Positions 25,743 through 38,925 of a stretch of DNA of 64,000 bases are shown one piece after another. Position 1 is the first letter of the stretch, and each line of letters opens with the position of its first letter. The notes under the pieces are model-generated. The model had not been told where the DNA came from. It worked only from the letters and a program-made list of their open reading frames with translations, and did no database searches. The position numbers and the translations under genes are program-made. Origin of the DNA: Lama glama (taxonomy: Eukaryota); the NCBI GenBank assembly GCA_028534125.1, contig CM052817.1, positions 88,414,001 through 88,478,000 of the forward strand. The letters run 5' to 3'.

Positions 25743-28700
25743 TGGAGATGAAGAGGACAGAACCAGGAAAAGAAACTGATGAAGTCCTAGTCCATTAAGT
25801 GAAGCTGGTGATAGCAGACTACTCCCTATTCCTAATGTTTTGATTGATTTTTAAGTGATATTCTAGACATATTATGTGTGTTGATGTGCAGATTTCTGTA
25901 TGATTTCATAAAATGTTTTAGAACATATAAAAATATTTAAGAGTAAATTTGTTCTTTTATTTTCCTAAAGTTTAGATGAGAACGTAATTTTTTTAAAAGG
26001 TTACATGTTGGTTTTGTAAGTAGGGGGAAATGGGAAATGGTACAGGATTGCCAAGTGGAGACCTTTTTATTTTTCTTCTTCTTGAATTTGAAAAAAAGAA
26101 AGACTATCCATTTAAAAAATAAAAAAATTTAGAGCCATGATTATATTCTTAATGTTAACAATAGCTGATCTTTCAAGACTCGTTTTACCAGTGGTAGTGT
26201 ACTAAAAATGAAGCCCAGTTCTATCCAAAACACATTCATGCATGTAAAAGGCAGTCTGCATAGAGTAGTGCAAGTTGATTTCAAGTTTAAATGATTTCTC
26301 ACAATTTTTCCATATTCAACATTTAAAGATTTCTGCATTTAAAGATGGTTTAACAAACTGTTTTCATTCTCTGTAAAGAAAGGTCCAGTTTTCTTTTCCA
26401 GGCATGTATTTTCTATTGGTTCTGACTTCTTTAAAGGGTAGTCGAAACACATTTTAAATGCTTGGCCTTTTCTACGTGAGGTGTTTTTAAAGGTAGCAGG
26501 CATACCCTTTCTAGTTTGCATGCTTTCCACATTTATAAGCTTACTGCTAACTATTTTGTTGTTTAAATGAAAGACTGTACTGGCAATTAAATGGAGGCTC
26601 ATGCATGCTCCACTGCCCTATCTTATTATCATCAACGTGAGAGGAAGCAGGAGGCTGAGATTACTGAGTTTAGCCTGCATCTGCATGGCCTTATTATGCC
26701 TACCAAGGTGAAAATGTCGACTCTGAAGAATGTAATTATATAACTTAAACTGCAGTGGTGGCAAGGTTAAATCCTTGCTTTACTGATCTTAAAAGCAACT
26801 ATAACTTCGAGGTCTGGAAATGCCTTTTGTTTATAAATTTGACCTCTGTTAAGTTTCTCTTAGATAAGATTTTCAGAACAGATGTTAATTCAATATAGAT
26901 TTTGGATTTTTTTTCCCTATTTCAGTCTTCAATACATACTATTTCCAACAAAAAGAAGGCATATTTTAACATTTGACTATTGCCATTTCAAGAGACCAAA
27001 TAGAAAATGTACTTGAAGATCCTTTGATATAAAGCAACCCAAGTTATTTTTCAATTATTTCGAGTTTTAAATGTAAGTTAGAACTCAATTTAATAAATAT
27101 ATTCTAAACAAACAATTGCTAAAAGCAAAATAAGTATCTTTAGAATGCAGTTTTCCCAACAATTCCTTTCACTTGAGATCTTTCCTAATAATTTGAAAAC
27201 TAAAAATTTAATGATTAAACTATTTTATAACGGTAGGGTTAGAAATAATAATTGGCAGGTAAATAGAAACTAAAGATATTATTTGAAATAATTTTTATCC
27301 CTGTTAATATGTAATGGAAAAACATTGTGACTTTTAAATATGTACCTTAATCTATAATTCATTAAATATAACATTTAGTATGTGTTCTTTGCTGGGCAAT
27401 CTGTAAACTGTGAAGTCGTTTGCTCCATTTAGATGTTCAGTATTATTACTGAAATGATGGGAATAAAATTTAAATATATTGCAAAGCCATGCAGATAAAG
27501 CATATGAATAATGTAAAGCATCGTAAAGAATTCAGTGAAAGAAAAGGAAACGTCTAGCCAGAAGGATCCATGAATGGTTATTAGATTATGTTAAGTGTCA
27601 GTTAGAACTGGTCTTGCTGGGTAGGTCATTCAGGATGTAGGGACTGGGAAGAATAAAGGTGTAGAGGTGGGGAAATATGTTAGTTATCTGTTATATCTCT
27701 AGTCTGACCATAGGGCAGCTTATTCACAAACACACAGAAAAAGTTTGCCCAAAATCCACTTTGAAATACAAAATCTTATAGATAGTACACCCTCAGGATA
27801 TGTAAGTTACAGTGAGCAGTGGATTTATGTAAGTAGCTAAAATATGGTCTAACAGATATATGCATTGTAATGACAAAAAAAGTAATTGATTCATGTTTTT
27901 TTATTTACCTTGCAATAGGACAAACACATTTTAAAAGCTGTTTTATTTCAATGAAAAATAAATTCAAAGATAAAAATCAACTTTTGTAATTTTATAATTT
28001 AAAAAATTACAATATGCATATTAAAAGGTGACAAACTTTAACTATATTAATATACATTTTACATATTTTTATAGAATATCCATATTCAATTAGAAATAGT
28101 CCCTGACTTGTGAAGCATTGGAATGCAGAGATAAAAACAGTGAAAATAAAGGTGTTCATTTCGAAAATAGAAATTTGAAGTGAAACCATTTCTGAGCCTT
28201 TAGTATGGGTCAAGTGTTTTTAAAAGAGAAATTGAGCAATTTTCTAAATACACGTCTACCTATACTTAGAACTATACCTATACGTATATTTATTTCATCC
28301 ATGTGTCATTATACTATGGGATATGATGTATATGGGAGTCTCTCCTATTTAGGGAAAGCCAGAGCAATCTTCCCAGCTGGTGAGTGGAGGAAGCGATTTA
28401 GAGGGAAAAGAATGAAGGCAAATGCTCTCTGGATCCTTCATAACATGGCACATGTGTGCCCACAAACTTAGATGTGACTCTGTGTTGGTGGGAGGATTAG
28501 GAAAAAGGCAAAAACTCCAAACCTGTTAGTTTCAGGGAACCTGCAAACACAAAGAGCTTCTGTTCTGTTTCCTACTAAGTGTGCTGAGCCCGTTTGCTCT
28601 CAGATATGTTCCCTTCCCTTCATGTAATTCTTCTCCATCCCCCAGGAATCCCACCTGTACCACCAACAGTAGGATACAAAGCTTTAGAAAATAAAGGAAG

Positions 28701-29099
28701 TTACATACCTTTTCAGCAATGTTATTTCTATTCATCATATGGTTCTTCATATTTAGAAAAACATTGTCCAGATACTCATTTTTAAAGGCAGCAGTCACTG
28801 TCTATATTTAATCTTCTCTTATAGTAAATTTCCAAGTTTTATGTGGTCTTAGGTGGTAAATAGTCTTGTGGACACGTTGTAGCTAGGAATATTTCTCTCT
28901 TCTCCAGAAGAACCTAACGCAAAATGGAGAGTCTTATCCCCTTCACGTGAACCGTGCCCCTTGACCATGCAGACTGATAATGAGCTGGCTAGAACTCTCT
29001 CTGCTGTAAATCTGAAATTTGTAATTTAGCAACACAGAGATGGCATTTGATGGAACTGAAATATATTAATGGTGGCTAGAAGAAAAGGACATTTATTTA

Positions 29100-29800
29100 T
29101 TTAAAAAACATTTATTACTATATCATGTACCATCCAATAAGAAGTAGGGTTATATTGTTTTGGGAAAGAATACATGTTCTGTACTTGTGTGGTTTACAGC
29201 ATAATAGTTATAAAATACAAATAAGAAAACAAATAAAATAACAGCTTCAGGTTGTGGTAAACACACTGAAAGCAATGATTAGAGAACAATGATAAATCAG
29301 GAGAAGCCAAAAAGGTCTAAATTTTTCTGTGGTGATTAGGAAGGACTCACTGTGGTGACTGACATATAAGCTGAATCTGAAGTTTGAGAAAGAGCCTCCG
29401 TGTAAAGTCCATTCTAGAGAGAAAGAAGAAAAGGTTTGGGTGTGTTAGAGAAAACTAACAGAAGGAATCCCATGCGTTTGATTTGAAGGAGTGAGAAAGA
29501 AGGTGGAATGAAATGAGGTTGGAAATTTAATCGGGAGCTAGATCCTACCATATTATATTGGCCACCATAAGGAAGACTACTTGACAATATTGAAATAATT
29601 GGTGATTTTGACAAATAGATTCAATGGAGTGGTGGTGGCACAGACCAGATTATGTTCAGTTGTGCAGTAATTGGAGGTTAGAAAGTGGAGACAACTTGTG
29701 CTGACAAAGATTCTTTTTAGTTTAACTATGATTAGCTAAAGAAATGGCCCTGTAAGCAGAAAGTGACATAAGGTAAACAGAAAATACTTTACTATGTGAG
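29100..29800 (-). mobile_element. L2 fragments
   Basis: Reversed L2 motifs ('catttattactatatcatgtacca', 'gacatataagctgaatctgaag', 'ggtgattttgacaaatagattcaatggagtggtggtggcacagaccagatt'). Confidence 0.6.
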
Positions 29801-30338
29801 ATACTAGAGACTATTCATAATTTATGGCTGCTAAAATCCCCACAGTTCCTCTTACTCCTTCCATTTCTACATCTTGGTTCCCTGACTTCATGAGATAGCG
29901 TAAGTAGAAGACACATTTTTTGTTCTGCCAAGCATCTCTTTAGACACCAACCATAGGCTAGAATAGCATGATTCAACTGTACCTGAAATACCCCAAGCAT
30001 ATAATCAATGAGTCTGTGTCACTCTGGTAGCCTTACCCCTTTTAGCATTTCCAAGAGTAAACATGTAAGCAGAACGGTTAAATCATAGGTAGGCAAAAGA
30101 CCAAGCTACATCCATTGAGACCCCTTTCAAGCTTTATAAAAGCATGACAGCAAGGAAAGAATCAAAGTAAGTCAGAGTGATTTTTTTTTCTTTTTTGAAC
30201 TCTGCCTTTGAGGTTCTTCCAAAAGCCTTTGCATCCAAGATCTTTGCATCTTGAACAGGTTGGGTCACGTTTTGTTCATTAATCAAAAAGTATGATTTTT
30301 TTTTTACTTTGGTCAGAGGGAAGTTCTCCTTGACTTCT

Positions 30339-30760
30339 TTATTAGTTTCCATGGGCTTCTGGGACGAATAATTTATGATCTCACAGTTTTGGTGGCTGGA
30401 GGCTAGAAATCCACTCTCAAGGTGTCGGCAGTGCCATGCTCCCTCTGAGGCTGCAAGGCAAGGGTCCTTCCTCGCCCCTTCCAGCTTCTGGCAGCCCCAG
30501 ACATACCTGGGTTTGTGGCAGCATAAACTTAAGTCTCCACGTGACATTCTCCCCTCTGTATGTCTGTTTCTGTGTCCAAATTTCCCATTTTTCTAAGGAC
30601 CCAGTAATATTGGATTAGGACACACCCTAATGACCACACTTCAAATTGGCTGCCTCTAAAAAGATTCCTATTTCCAAATAGGGTTATATTCTGAGGTACT
30701 AGAGATTAGAACTTCAACATATCTTTTTCGGGGGTGGGGTATATAATTTCACCTATAACA
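30339..30760 (-). mobile_element. MLT1 (B/C-like) MaLR LTR
   Basis: 'tattagtttcc...tctcacagttttgg...aaggtgtcggcag...ccagcttctgg...ttggattagg...attctgaggtact...acttcaacatatcttttt...ataaca'. Confidence 0.85.
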
Positions 30761-31854
30761 TCCTCTGATTCTCATGTACAAGGATGTCTCTAGTATAATT
30801 GTTCCTAGTCTTGTACCTGTTCTTTAGTCATTTTTCCCCAAAAAGGAGAAAAGAGACACCTACTTAGTGGCCACCGACTTGGGTCCATGTTCTCCTGGGC
30901 CCATGGATCTGCTCTATTTAAAGGCCATACATCTTGTGACTTTTTTTGTTTTAATTTCTTCTTACTCTTGGGCTAGTAGAGACTGCAGATCCCAACTTCC
31001 CAGAGGATGGGATCTTCCAGGTTGGCTCAGGGAGGGAGTAACAGGCAGAATGTATTAACAGGCCCATCAGCCCCTCCTAAGCCATTGAGTTTAAAGAATC
31101 TTATGCTAATTATGGTTGTGTTTGGCTCCCCTCTGTCTTACATGTGTCTGTCTATCAATTAGTAACACATTCCTACAGAGAAAAATGTCGATATTGATCA
31201 GGCCCTTAAGTTTAATTTATGCTGACATTTCCTTTGAAAATGCAGTTTGAGGTCTGAATGTTTGTCTTTCAGTTTAGCAACTTTTTTTTTTAATCCATTG
31301 ATTCATGAAAAATTAGTCTGCATGCTACATGTGATCTAGATACAGTACACTTTGACCATTATCGTAAGTATAAATCCTGAGAATGTAAGACAAAAGACAT
31401 TAAATTTCAGTGATAGCAATGGCATACAACTATAGCATGATTAATAGAAATATGCTTTAATGCATATATCAGTATTTCAAATTGACTTGTTTTGTGACTT
31501 TGTTTTCCATTTCCATATGCCACTAGTAAAAACACAAAAAGTGTTTTTTTACATATAAAAATTACATTGTGTTTTATAAGGAAAAGTTTTACTGACATTC
31601 ATTTCTTTAAAACTAATATATCTCATAGAACATATATTTGGTAAAATATGAGTTGAAAAAATTCCTTCATGTATCATTGAAAAAGTGTAATGGCCACCTC
31701 TGTGGCAATTGTAAAATGAATAAATATATCCAATAAAGATTTTTAATACCTCTTATATATCTATAATTGAGAATCCTTCATATTACTTAAGGTAGACAAA
31801 TACATAAGCTATGTAAATTGAGAGTTTGTTGAAACAATTTATAAATCCTTTAGT

Positions 31855-32040
31855 GTTGAATTGTCTAGTAACATAGCCCAGAGCCTTATGCGGTTATTTA
31901 AATTTTAATTAAAATTAAATAAGAATTTAGTTCCTCAGTCACTTTCGTCATGGATGAAAGCCACACGTGATTAGTGTCTACCAAATGGACAGAGTAGACT
32001 GTAGGACAATTCATCATCACAGAAATCTCCATTGGGTAGT
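31855..32040. mobile_element. hAT-Charlie MITE remnant (MER3/MER33-like)
   Basis: 'aatttagttcctcagtcac...agccacacgtgattagtgtctacca...catcatcacagaaatctccattgg'. Confidence 0.6.
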
Positions 32041-33129
32041 AAGAGTTTTCCCAATAAGAGTCTAAAGATTGATGGAGTTAATTGAATACTGATTTTTTAA
32101 ATGATTTCTAACAAATAAGTTATCTGTAAATGTCAGTATAAGTATAAGGGTCCTTTCCTTATACTACCTTAGAGCACCGCCCCTAATGCTAACTCCTTCT
32201 GTGACTTTAGTGAGCGTCGTCATTTTAGGAGGCACAGCATACATTCATTCTTCAACAATGAGGGATGACAGCCAACATCTGGAGTGGATGTGTGTGAGGT
32301 GTAAGGAGAAGCACGAGGGTTCTCAGAGGATCATGACATAATGAATTGTGTTTTCAGCTCATGTCCTAAAACACAAATAACCCATCTTAGATGAAACAGG
32401 ATAATACCATTCTCTTTGATGAAGGATGATAGAAAATGCAGGTCACAGAAAGAAAATAGAAAAGAAACAAACATGTAGGTCACAGAGAAGAGCTGGAAAA
32501 CAAGATGTATTCTACATGTTAACACTAGTAACAGACCACCAGCTTTATAGAGACTAGATTATAAGAGACCAGTGCTGCGATTAAAAGGCACATGTGGACT
32601 TTGTAAATGGAAAGATTAGGGACTATTCATATCCTTATCAAAGGACTCTAAAAGACATTGGTATCTGAAGGAAGAAGGCAGATAGTTATAAAAGACGGCA
32701 CTTAGCACATAGAAGATGAACTTGAATTTTAAAAGAACCAAAGGAGAGAAATGTATATAGATCATTATACACCAGCCATTATCTGGCCCTTAATGGAAAG
32801 AAATTAGATGTTTATATAAAAAAAATTAGTAAATTTATTACATCTTTAAGTCCCTGAATACAGAGTATGTGTTTGGGTTAATGTGTAATTTGCATCTGTG
32901 TAATTTTGTTAAGGTCTTTTTAATTCGTTCTTCTCAATGAATTATTTTATTTTACAAAATGAGTTAACAATTTTTGATACATGCCCAGGCAACTAGGGGA
33001 GTGAGCTGTACTTGATCATTAAAGATAGGAATTTTCCTCTTGAATAGGAAACACTAATCCTTTCCTAATGTTCTTGAGAAATGGCTATTCCTTTGTGGCG
33101 TACAGTGATGTATTAGGCTACACATGTGT

Positions 33130-33350
33130 TCAGCATGATAAATCTCACTGAAGTACTTGAGCTTTACAGTCATGAACTCTGAGTTTTGGCTGTGCCATTA
33201 ATACCTGTCTGACCTTCGGAAATTACTTAAATTCCCTAAAACTCAATTTACTTTTCTGTAAAATAAGGATAATATTACCTATCTAATTAATTTGTAATAT
33301 TTAAATAAGGCAATTTAAAATCACTTAGAAAATCGCCTGCTAAAAGTAAG
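33130..33350 (+). mobile_element. MIR SINE remnant
   Basis: Core 'tgaccttcggaaattacttaa...ctcaatttacttttctgtaaaataaggataata'. Confidence 0.7.
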
Positions 33351-33464
33351 GAATAAGCAATACATTTTAAAAAGCTCTATATACAAACAGTGTTTTAAAT
33401 TAAAAATACTGAGTAGATGCATATTTATTTATGTAAAAGTTATCACTCACATTTTCGTTTGCAG

Positions 33465-33574
33465 CAATTGTAGTGAAACATTGTTTGTTTCATACCAATT
33501 ATTGGGGAAGGAACTCTTTTGGGACTCGGAAAGGAGTGTCTTGTTGCATTTCTTGGCTTGACCCGCATTGGCAG
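33465..33574 (+). other. Candidate internal exon (110 nt)
   Basis: Acceptor ctcacattttcgtttgcag|, donor CAG|GTAAAT; one open frame (x-IVVKHCLFHTNYWGRNSFGTRKGVSCCISWLDPHWQ); unique, non-repeat DNA. Confidence 0.45.
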
Positions 33575-35097
33575 GTAAATCAGGTACTCCTTTAGTCTCC
33601 CAAGGTCATTCCTTCCAGTTCTGCATTCTACTTGGTATTCAGGCTTGTGTGCCATCCTTTGAAGTTATAGACTTGTCTTATTCCTGATAGATCTTAAGCT
33701 TCTTTTAAACTGGAGTGAAGTTTGGGGAACAGTTCTAATCACCAAAGATCTATTCCCAAACAGTGTGATTTCCCCCACCTGTATTCCATAGGCTTTATAT
33801 TATAAAAGAATAATAGAAAACTTTTAAAATGTATTAGTAATGTGAAACTTAAATTTGCAGACTTCTGATTATTCTAGTCATTCTTACGTGATTTTTGGGG
33901 AGGAAAAAAGAAAAATAAAACCCTAGGTCTTATGACAATTGCCAGTATTCAACAATAGAAAATCAGTTACTTACATTTATTTACTTATATACATATATAA
34001 AGAATGTTTTTGGAATACTTTGTTTTCCATGTTAAAGAAAATTAGTTTTTCCTGTAATTTTTGTTCTCTTTTAAAAATACAGAGGATAAAATCCGGTCTG
34101 TACTTTTTCTTAGTTATAGGCTGCATCTATACTAGAAGGAAATTCTTCAAATTATCATTATAGGACAAGATTTTAAAGCACAAATCAGTTTTGAATTATT
34201 TTGTACTTTGGCCACTTCAATTTATGGAGGAGAATGCCAGAAACTTACTAAGGGTTATTTAAGAACTGTGCTAGAGCGAGGATTTGGACCTGGCTTAAGG
34301 ACAGGGGTAGATCTGAGTATGCAGGTGTGTATCACTCTCTTCTTTCACCAAAAGCAGCATAATAAATACATTATATTACACATTGCTTTTGTACTTAACA
34401 AAATATATAAATATATATCCAATCACTGCATATCAGTTCACAAAGACCTTCATTTTTATGCCTGCATTACACCTCCTTTTAAATCTTCTTTTATATTTGT
34501 TTATATGTAGTTTGTATTTTTTCAAGCCACCAATAGATTACTTAAGATATTTCCAATGATTTGCTATTACAAATGATGCCACCATAAAAACTCCGTGAAT
34601 GTTATTTCATTTGTATGGATTCCTTAGGGCAAATTTCTAGGACTGAGATTTTAATTTGCCCCTTTGATGGAAGAGCCATATACTGGAAAGAAATGCTAGG
34701 GAGAATCTGTTTCAACCTATAGAAGCCCCACCTGCACCTTCAACCACGTAAACCCTGGTGGTGCATAGAAAACCCCTCCTTTGCAAATGGTTTCCACTTC
34801 TCCTTAAGGTACTGGGTGGAGGCTACTGAGGGCACTATCTGAATCATTTGAATAAGGATTTGCTGACTCAGACATCCTTATCATTTGTCCATAAACATAA
34901 AATCCATGTAGGCGGAAAAGTTATTATTAACCTGCCCATGAAAAAAATAAGCAAAAATGGAAACATTGTACATTCCAATGACAACAAAAGTGTGTTTACT
35001 TATTGACAAACTGATGATGAAGTGGGGCTTTTATATAAACAGTAAGTCCTGCCTTGTTCAATAAAAGCTAAACCAATCAACAATCAACATAATCCTC

Positions 35098-35197
35098 TTA
35101 GGTTGCTTGATAATGGCTTCTGACATTGACATTCCTGGTTTTGTAACCTCTCATCTTGAAGATTCCGACAAGCTCTGTAATATTTTTTAAGCATGTT
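35098..35197 (-). other. Candidate terminal exon (coding part) of a - strand transcript
   Basis: Acceptor ctttgtttggtttgcctttcag|. The phase-2 frame TCLKNITELVGIFKMRGYKTRNVNVRSHYQAT* stops at 35098-35100. AGTAAA at 34995-35000 (-) with a U-rich downstream tract could be the poly(A) signal. Confidence 0.4.
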
Positions 35198-36635
35198 CTG
35201 AAAGGCAAACCAAACAAAGGGATTACTGCAACACACTCAGAAGTAAAATGCACAATACTACACGACTGTACATGACAGAAAGTAAAGAAGCATGTGACAT
35301 CCAACTGAAACTACATTAAAGATTTAGGGGAACAGGATTACCAAGCTTGGAATGCAGCCAGGAGAGGGATAAAGAATTGAGAGTTATCAGAGAGGAATAA
35401 TGTGGAAATCCTAACTGCTAAGCCAAAACATCAACTTCTGTTACTGATAGAACTTTTTTACAGTGAGGGTAAATGTTTTGTGTGTATATATCTATATCTA
35501 TGCAGGATTTGCTTTCCATTGCAACTGCAACCACAGTGAATAAATATTGCATATGAAGATGCACTGCCTAAACTTGCTTAACCTGAGTTGTATTCTTTTC
35601 TTTCTTCTAATCCAATTAATTTCATTTCTTTAATAAGTGACTGGTTTCAGACTGAATGATAAAACTTTTATTATAAAAATAATTAAAAATGGTATACACT
35701 AAAATAAATTTAAAAGTGAATCTTCATAATCTTAATGTTCTAACAAATGGTTTTCACTACCTGTTTTCTTACCTGTATGTGAGTATTTTATATCATTTTA
35801 CATACATGTTGTGAAGTAAAATTTTGAAGATATTTCTATTCAAATATTTATATCAAATTTAAGCCTATATCATGTAACCTTTTGTAGGGATTCTGGGCTC
35901 CTATTTGACTGGAGCTAACCATCTATTGTGTTCAGATTATGAGAGATTTTTGGTATTACTTTTCATTTTACTGAAAAACATAAAGCAACAGATGATCTCT
36001 AATAAGGAAAATCTATAATGTTTATATATCCAAATTCAAATTTTTAAATGATAAATCAAGATCTATGCTGACATAAATTGTTCAAGATAGAAAACTGAGT
36101 CTCGGAGGAGTTATGTGATGAGCTCAGCATTAGCTAGTGGCAAAGTCAGGAGATGGATTTGCCCCAATTGCTGGTTTTCTATCCAATACAACACACTTCT
36201 AAAAGAAAAATACCTAGTTAAATAACACTGTTATCTATTGAAAAACTAGTCTAAAATTCTATAGAAGGAAAAGGTTTTGAACAAAAGCTTCATACCATTC
36301 ACTTCATGGCAAAAGCCATATCAAGTAGGTGCCAAAGGCACTAATCAGACTACTGTTTTTAGTGGAAAATGCCATCCATCTTACTTTTCTTTCTTCAGTG
36401 AAGCCCACCCTTAAGGATCAGACCTCTAGATTTATAAATGCCACCCTCAAAGATCAGACGCCATGAGTAGTAAGGACATACATACAGAAGTAAATCATAA
36501 ACTAGTAGTAGAAGGTGGGAGGGTGAGAAGCATTTACAAAACAGGTCAACAGCACTGCAGTTCAGTGTGATTGCTTAATACAATAGTACATAGTATTTTG
36601 TAGTTAAAAGGTTTGTTCATATCTCCTATTTGCAG

Positions 36636-36960
36636 TGGTTCTTAAAAGAGGAGTTAGAAGAATGACAGAGAGCAAGAGAGCCCGTTGTTACAGTTCATAA
36701 AATTCAGCCTCCCAGCACTGAGCTGTGGGGAGCAGGTGGAGTATGCATCTAGGATGGACTGAGGTCCACAATATTTAACTGATAAATTCCAACTGTGATA
36801 ATTTCTTGCAGTAATTATAATCCATCTGTGAGATGACATTAGGCCACCTACTTTATTAGAAAAAAGCACTATATCATGCGAGTTCCTGTGGCTTTTCTAT
36901 CAATGTGTTATAATTCAAAAAGACATCCATGATCAAATAAATTGCAGAAATGCTGTTGTA
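36636..36960 (+). other. Candidate terminal exon of the + strand transcript
   Basis: Acceptor ttcatatctcctatttgcag|; phase 0 reads WFLKEELEE* (TGA at 36663-65); AATAAA at 36936-36941; the end coordinate is approximate. Confidence 0.35.
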
Positions 36961-37783
36961 AAACAGTCAACATAATGAATAGACTTAGAAGAGGATAATG
37001 TATACGTTTTTCAACACAGAAACCTAGTCCTTTATTCACAAAGCTCTCTTCGTGGTGCACTGTATGTTTGGGTCTTGCTCGCTTTCTTTTAATAATGTTC
37101 GTGGAAGGGCATATACCTTCTGTAGGCATCCATGCAATGTCAAATCCAATATACAATGAGAAACAACAGTTTTCTGCTGGCCTCCAAATTATAAAGAGAT
37201 TTATAGTAGATGATTAAAGAAAATATACCTTAGTTTATAGGCTATTCAAAAGTATGTTTTTCATTATTGTAGATTTTAGGAAATTATTACAAAAACTAAG
37301 ACATTCTTCTGTGGTTCAAGTCAATATAATTTTGCTGACATAATGAGAACACCTTGTTTTTATTGGTCATGTATTACAAACCTATCTACTAAATGGTCTT
37401 TCTCATAGCTTTTATTACATCATGTGAGAGTGAAAATGGTGATTCTAAAAAACCACGTGATGTTTAAATAGGATTAGATTACTAAATAGAATCATGAAGA
37501 ACAGGGGACTTTTTAAAACAGTTTTCATCAAAGCAGTGATAGAGCTTATTGTTTCTCAGTTTGTTGAAGTTAATCAGGTCATGGCACGATTTCTGCTCTG
37601 TGAAAGACTGAATTCTAAGTAATCCAAGCAGCTTGCCACAGAGCAGATGGTGAGAAAGGGAAATTAGAATCCTCATTTTCAAATGAAATATTTTTATTAG
37701 GGAAAAAATCTAACTTCTATATGGTAATTTATGACTTGTGAAGAAATATAAAGGTATTCTGTGACGTTTTGGTTCTTTCTTAC

Positions 37784-37802
37784 TTCTTCACATAATCACA
37801 AC
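37784..37802 (-). other. Candidate 19-nt micro-exon
   Basis: On -: aatcttttccag|GTTGTGATTATGTGAAGAA|gtaaga. Confidence 0.35.
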
Positions 37803-38244
37803 CTGGAAAAGATTTTTTACTCTGTTAATTTCCCCTGTTTCTTACATACTGGTATTTCACTTTTAACAGTTGAGCTCATTCTTCCTATAGTTGGATTTTC
37901 TTTTTCATGAGCACACTTTGCTGAACATGCTTGGGAATTGAATTGAAATTATATATATAGCTTCTTTTTCCTCACTGAAAATATCTAGAATAAACATAAA
38001 CTTAGAATTGAACCTCAGAGATAATTTGCACAGGGTGGTGGATACCCATTTTTCTTGATATATAAACAAATGGTCATGGATAACATTAAGTTAATTACGT
38101 TTGAGTTTTCATCCCACTTCACTTAAGCAGGCAAGGAAGGAACTTATCCCATTATCCAATGTTAATAAGGCAACCTTATTAAACATACAATAAAAGGTAA
38201 ATGCAAACGCAGTGTCGGGGCTACAAATCTGGAATGGGATCTGT

Positions 38245-38421
38245 AGTTTAACGTGCTGGGAAAGGAAGAGCTAGTGTCTACTATGTACAAAGTAGTGCTA
38301 GATAGTCCACGTAGATTTGCATGATGTTGTGGGGTCCTTCTCATCCCATTAACTCCCCAACTATCTAGCACTACTTTGTGCATAGTAGACACTAGCTCTT
38401 CCTTTCCCAGCACGTTAAACT
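38245..38421. repeat. Near-perfect inverted repeat: 62-bp arms, 53-bp spacer
   Basis: 38245-38306 is the reverse complement of 38360-38421, with a single mismatch (T38286/G38380). Confidence 0.98.
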
Positions 38422-38750
38422 TGCTTGGTAGAATGCAATAGAGATTAAAACTCTGATGTATAGAATGCTTTATGACCTAGTCCCTAATAATAATAAATGC
38501 GGTATAGTTCTTTGGATGTCCAGAATATAATGTAGGAGTTCATGACCACGAACAGCATACCAAAACAAAAATAACCCATGTCATGTGATAACGGGCTATA
38601 CAAACATCAACACCGATTCTTAAAACATTATCTGTATGAAGTATTTCAGGATTGCTACTGTTATTATTTGTTCCCAAACAGAGAGGAAAGTTGTTTGTTT
38701 TGAAGAGATTAATGCTGGGTCCTACAAAGGGAGACTGATATAGCCCCCCC

Positions 38751-38925
38751 TTTTTTTTAACATCTTTATTGTGGTATGATTGCTGTACAGTTAACTACAC
38801 ATAATTATACCTCTTGGGGAGTGAGAGAAATGTTAGCTATCTTGATTGTGGTAGTGGTTTCATTGGTGTATACACCTATCAAAATTCATCAAAGTATACA
38901 TTTGAAATATGTGCAATTTACTGTA
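38751..38925 (-). mobile_element. Very short old L1 3' end with an internal inversion
   Basis: Poly(T) plus reversed L1 terminus at 38751-38803, then the upstream L1 3' UTR piece in forward orientation at 38814-38925 ('tatcttgattgtggtagtggtttc...aaatatgtgcaatttactgta'). Confidence 0.65.

Noticed and set aside
30134..30618. ORFs of 60-137 aa
   Set aside because: They largely overlap an MLT1 LTR and are chance frames.
38245..38421. Inverted repeat as a known MITE, CRISPR element or terminator
   Set aside because: No TSD or recognisable TIR family, a single copy with no repeat-spacer array, and eukaryotic context. Kept as an unexplained hairpin instead.
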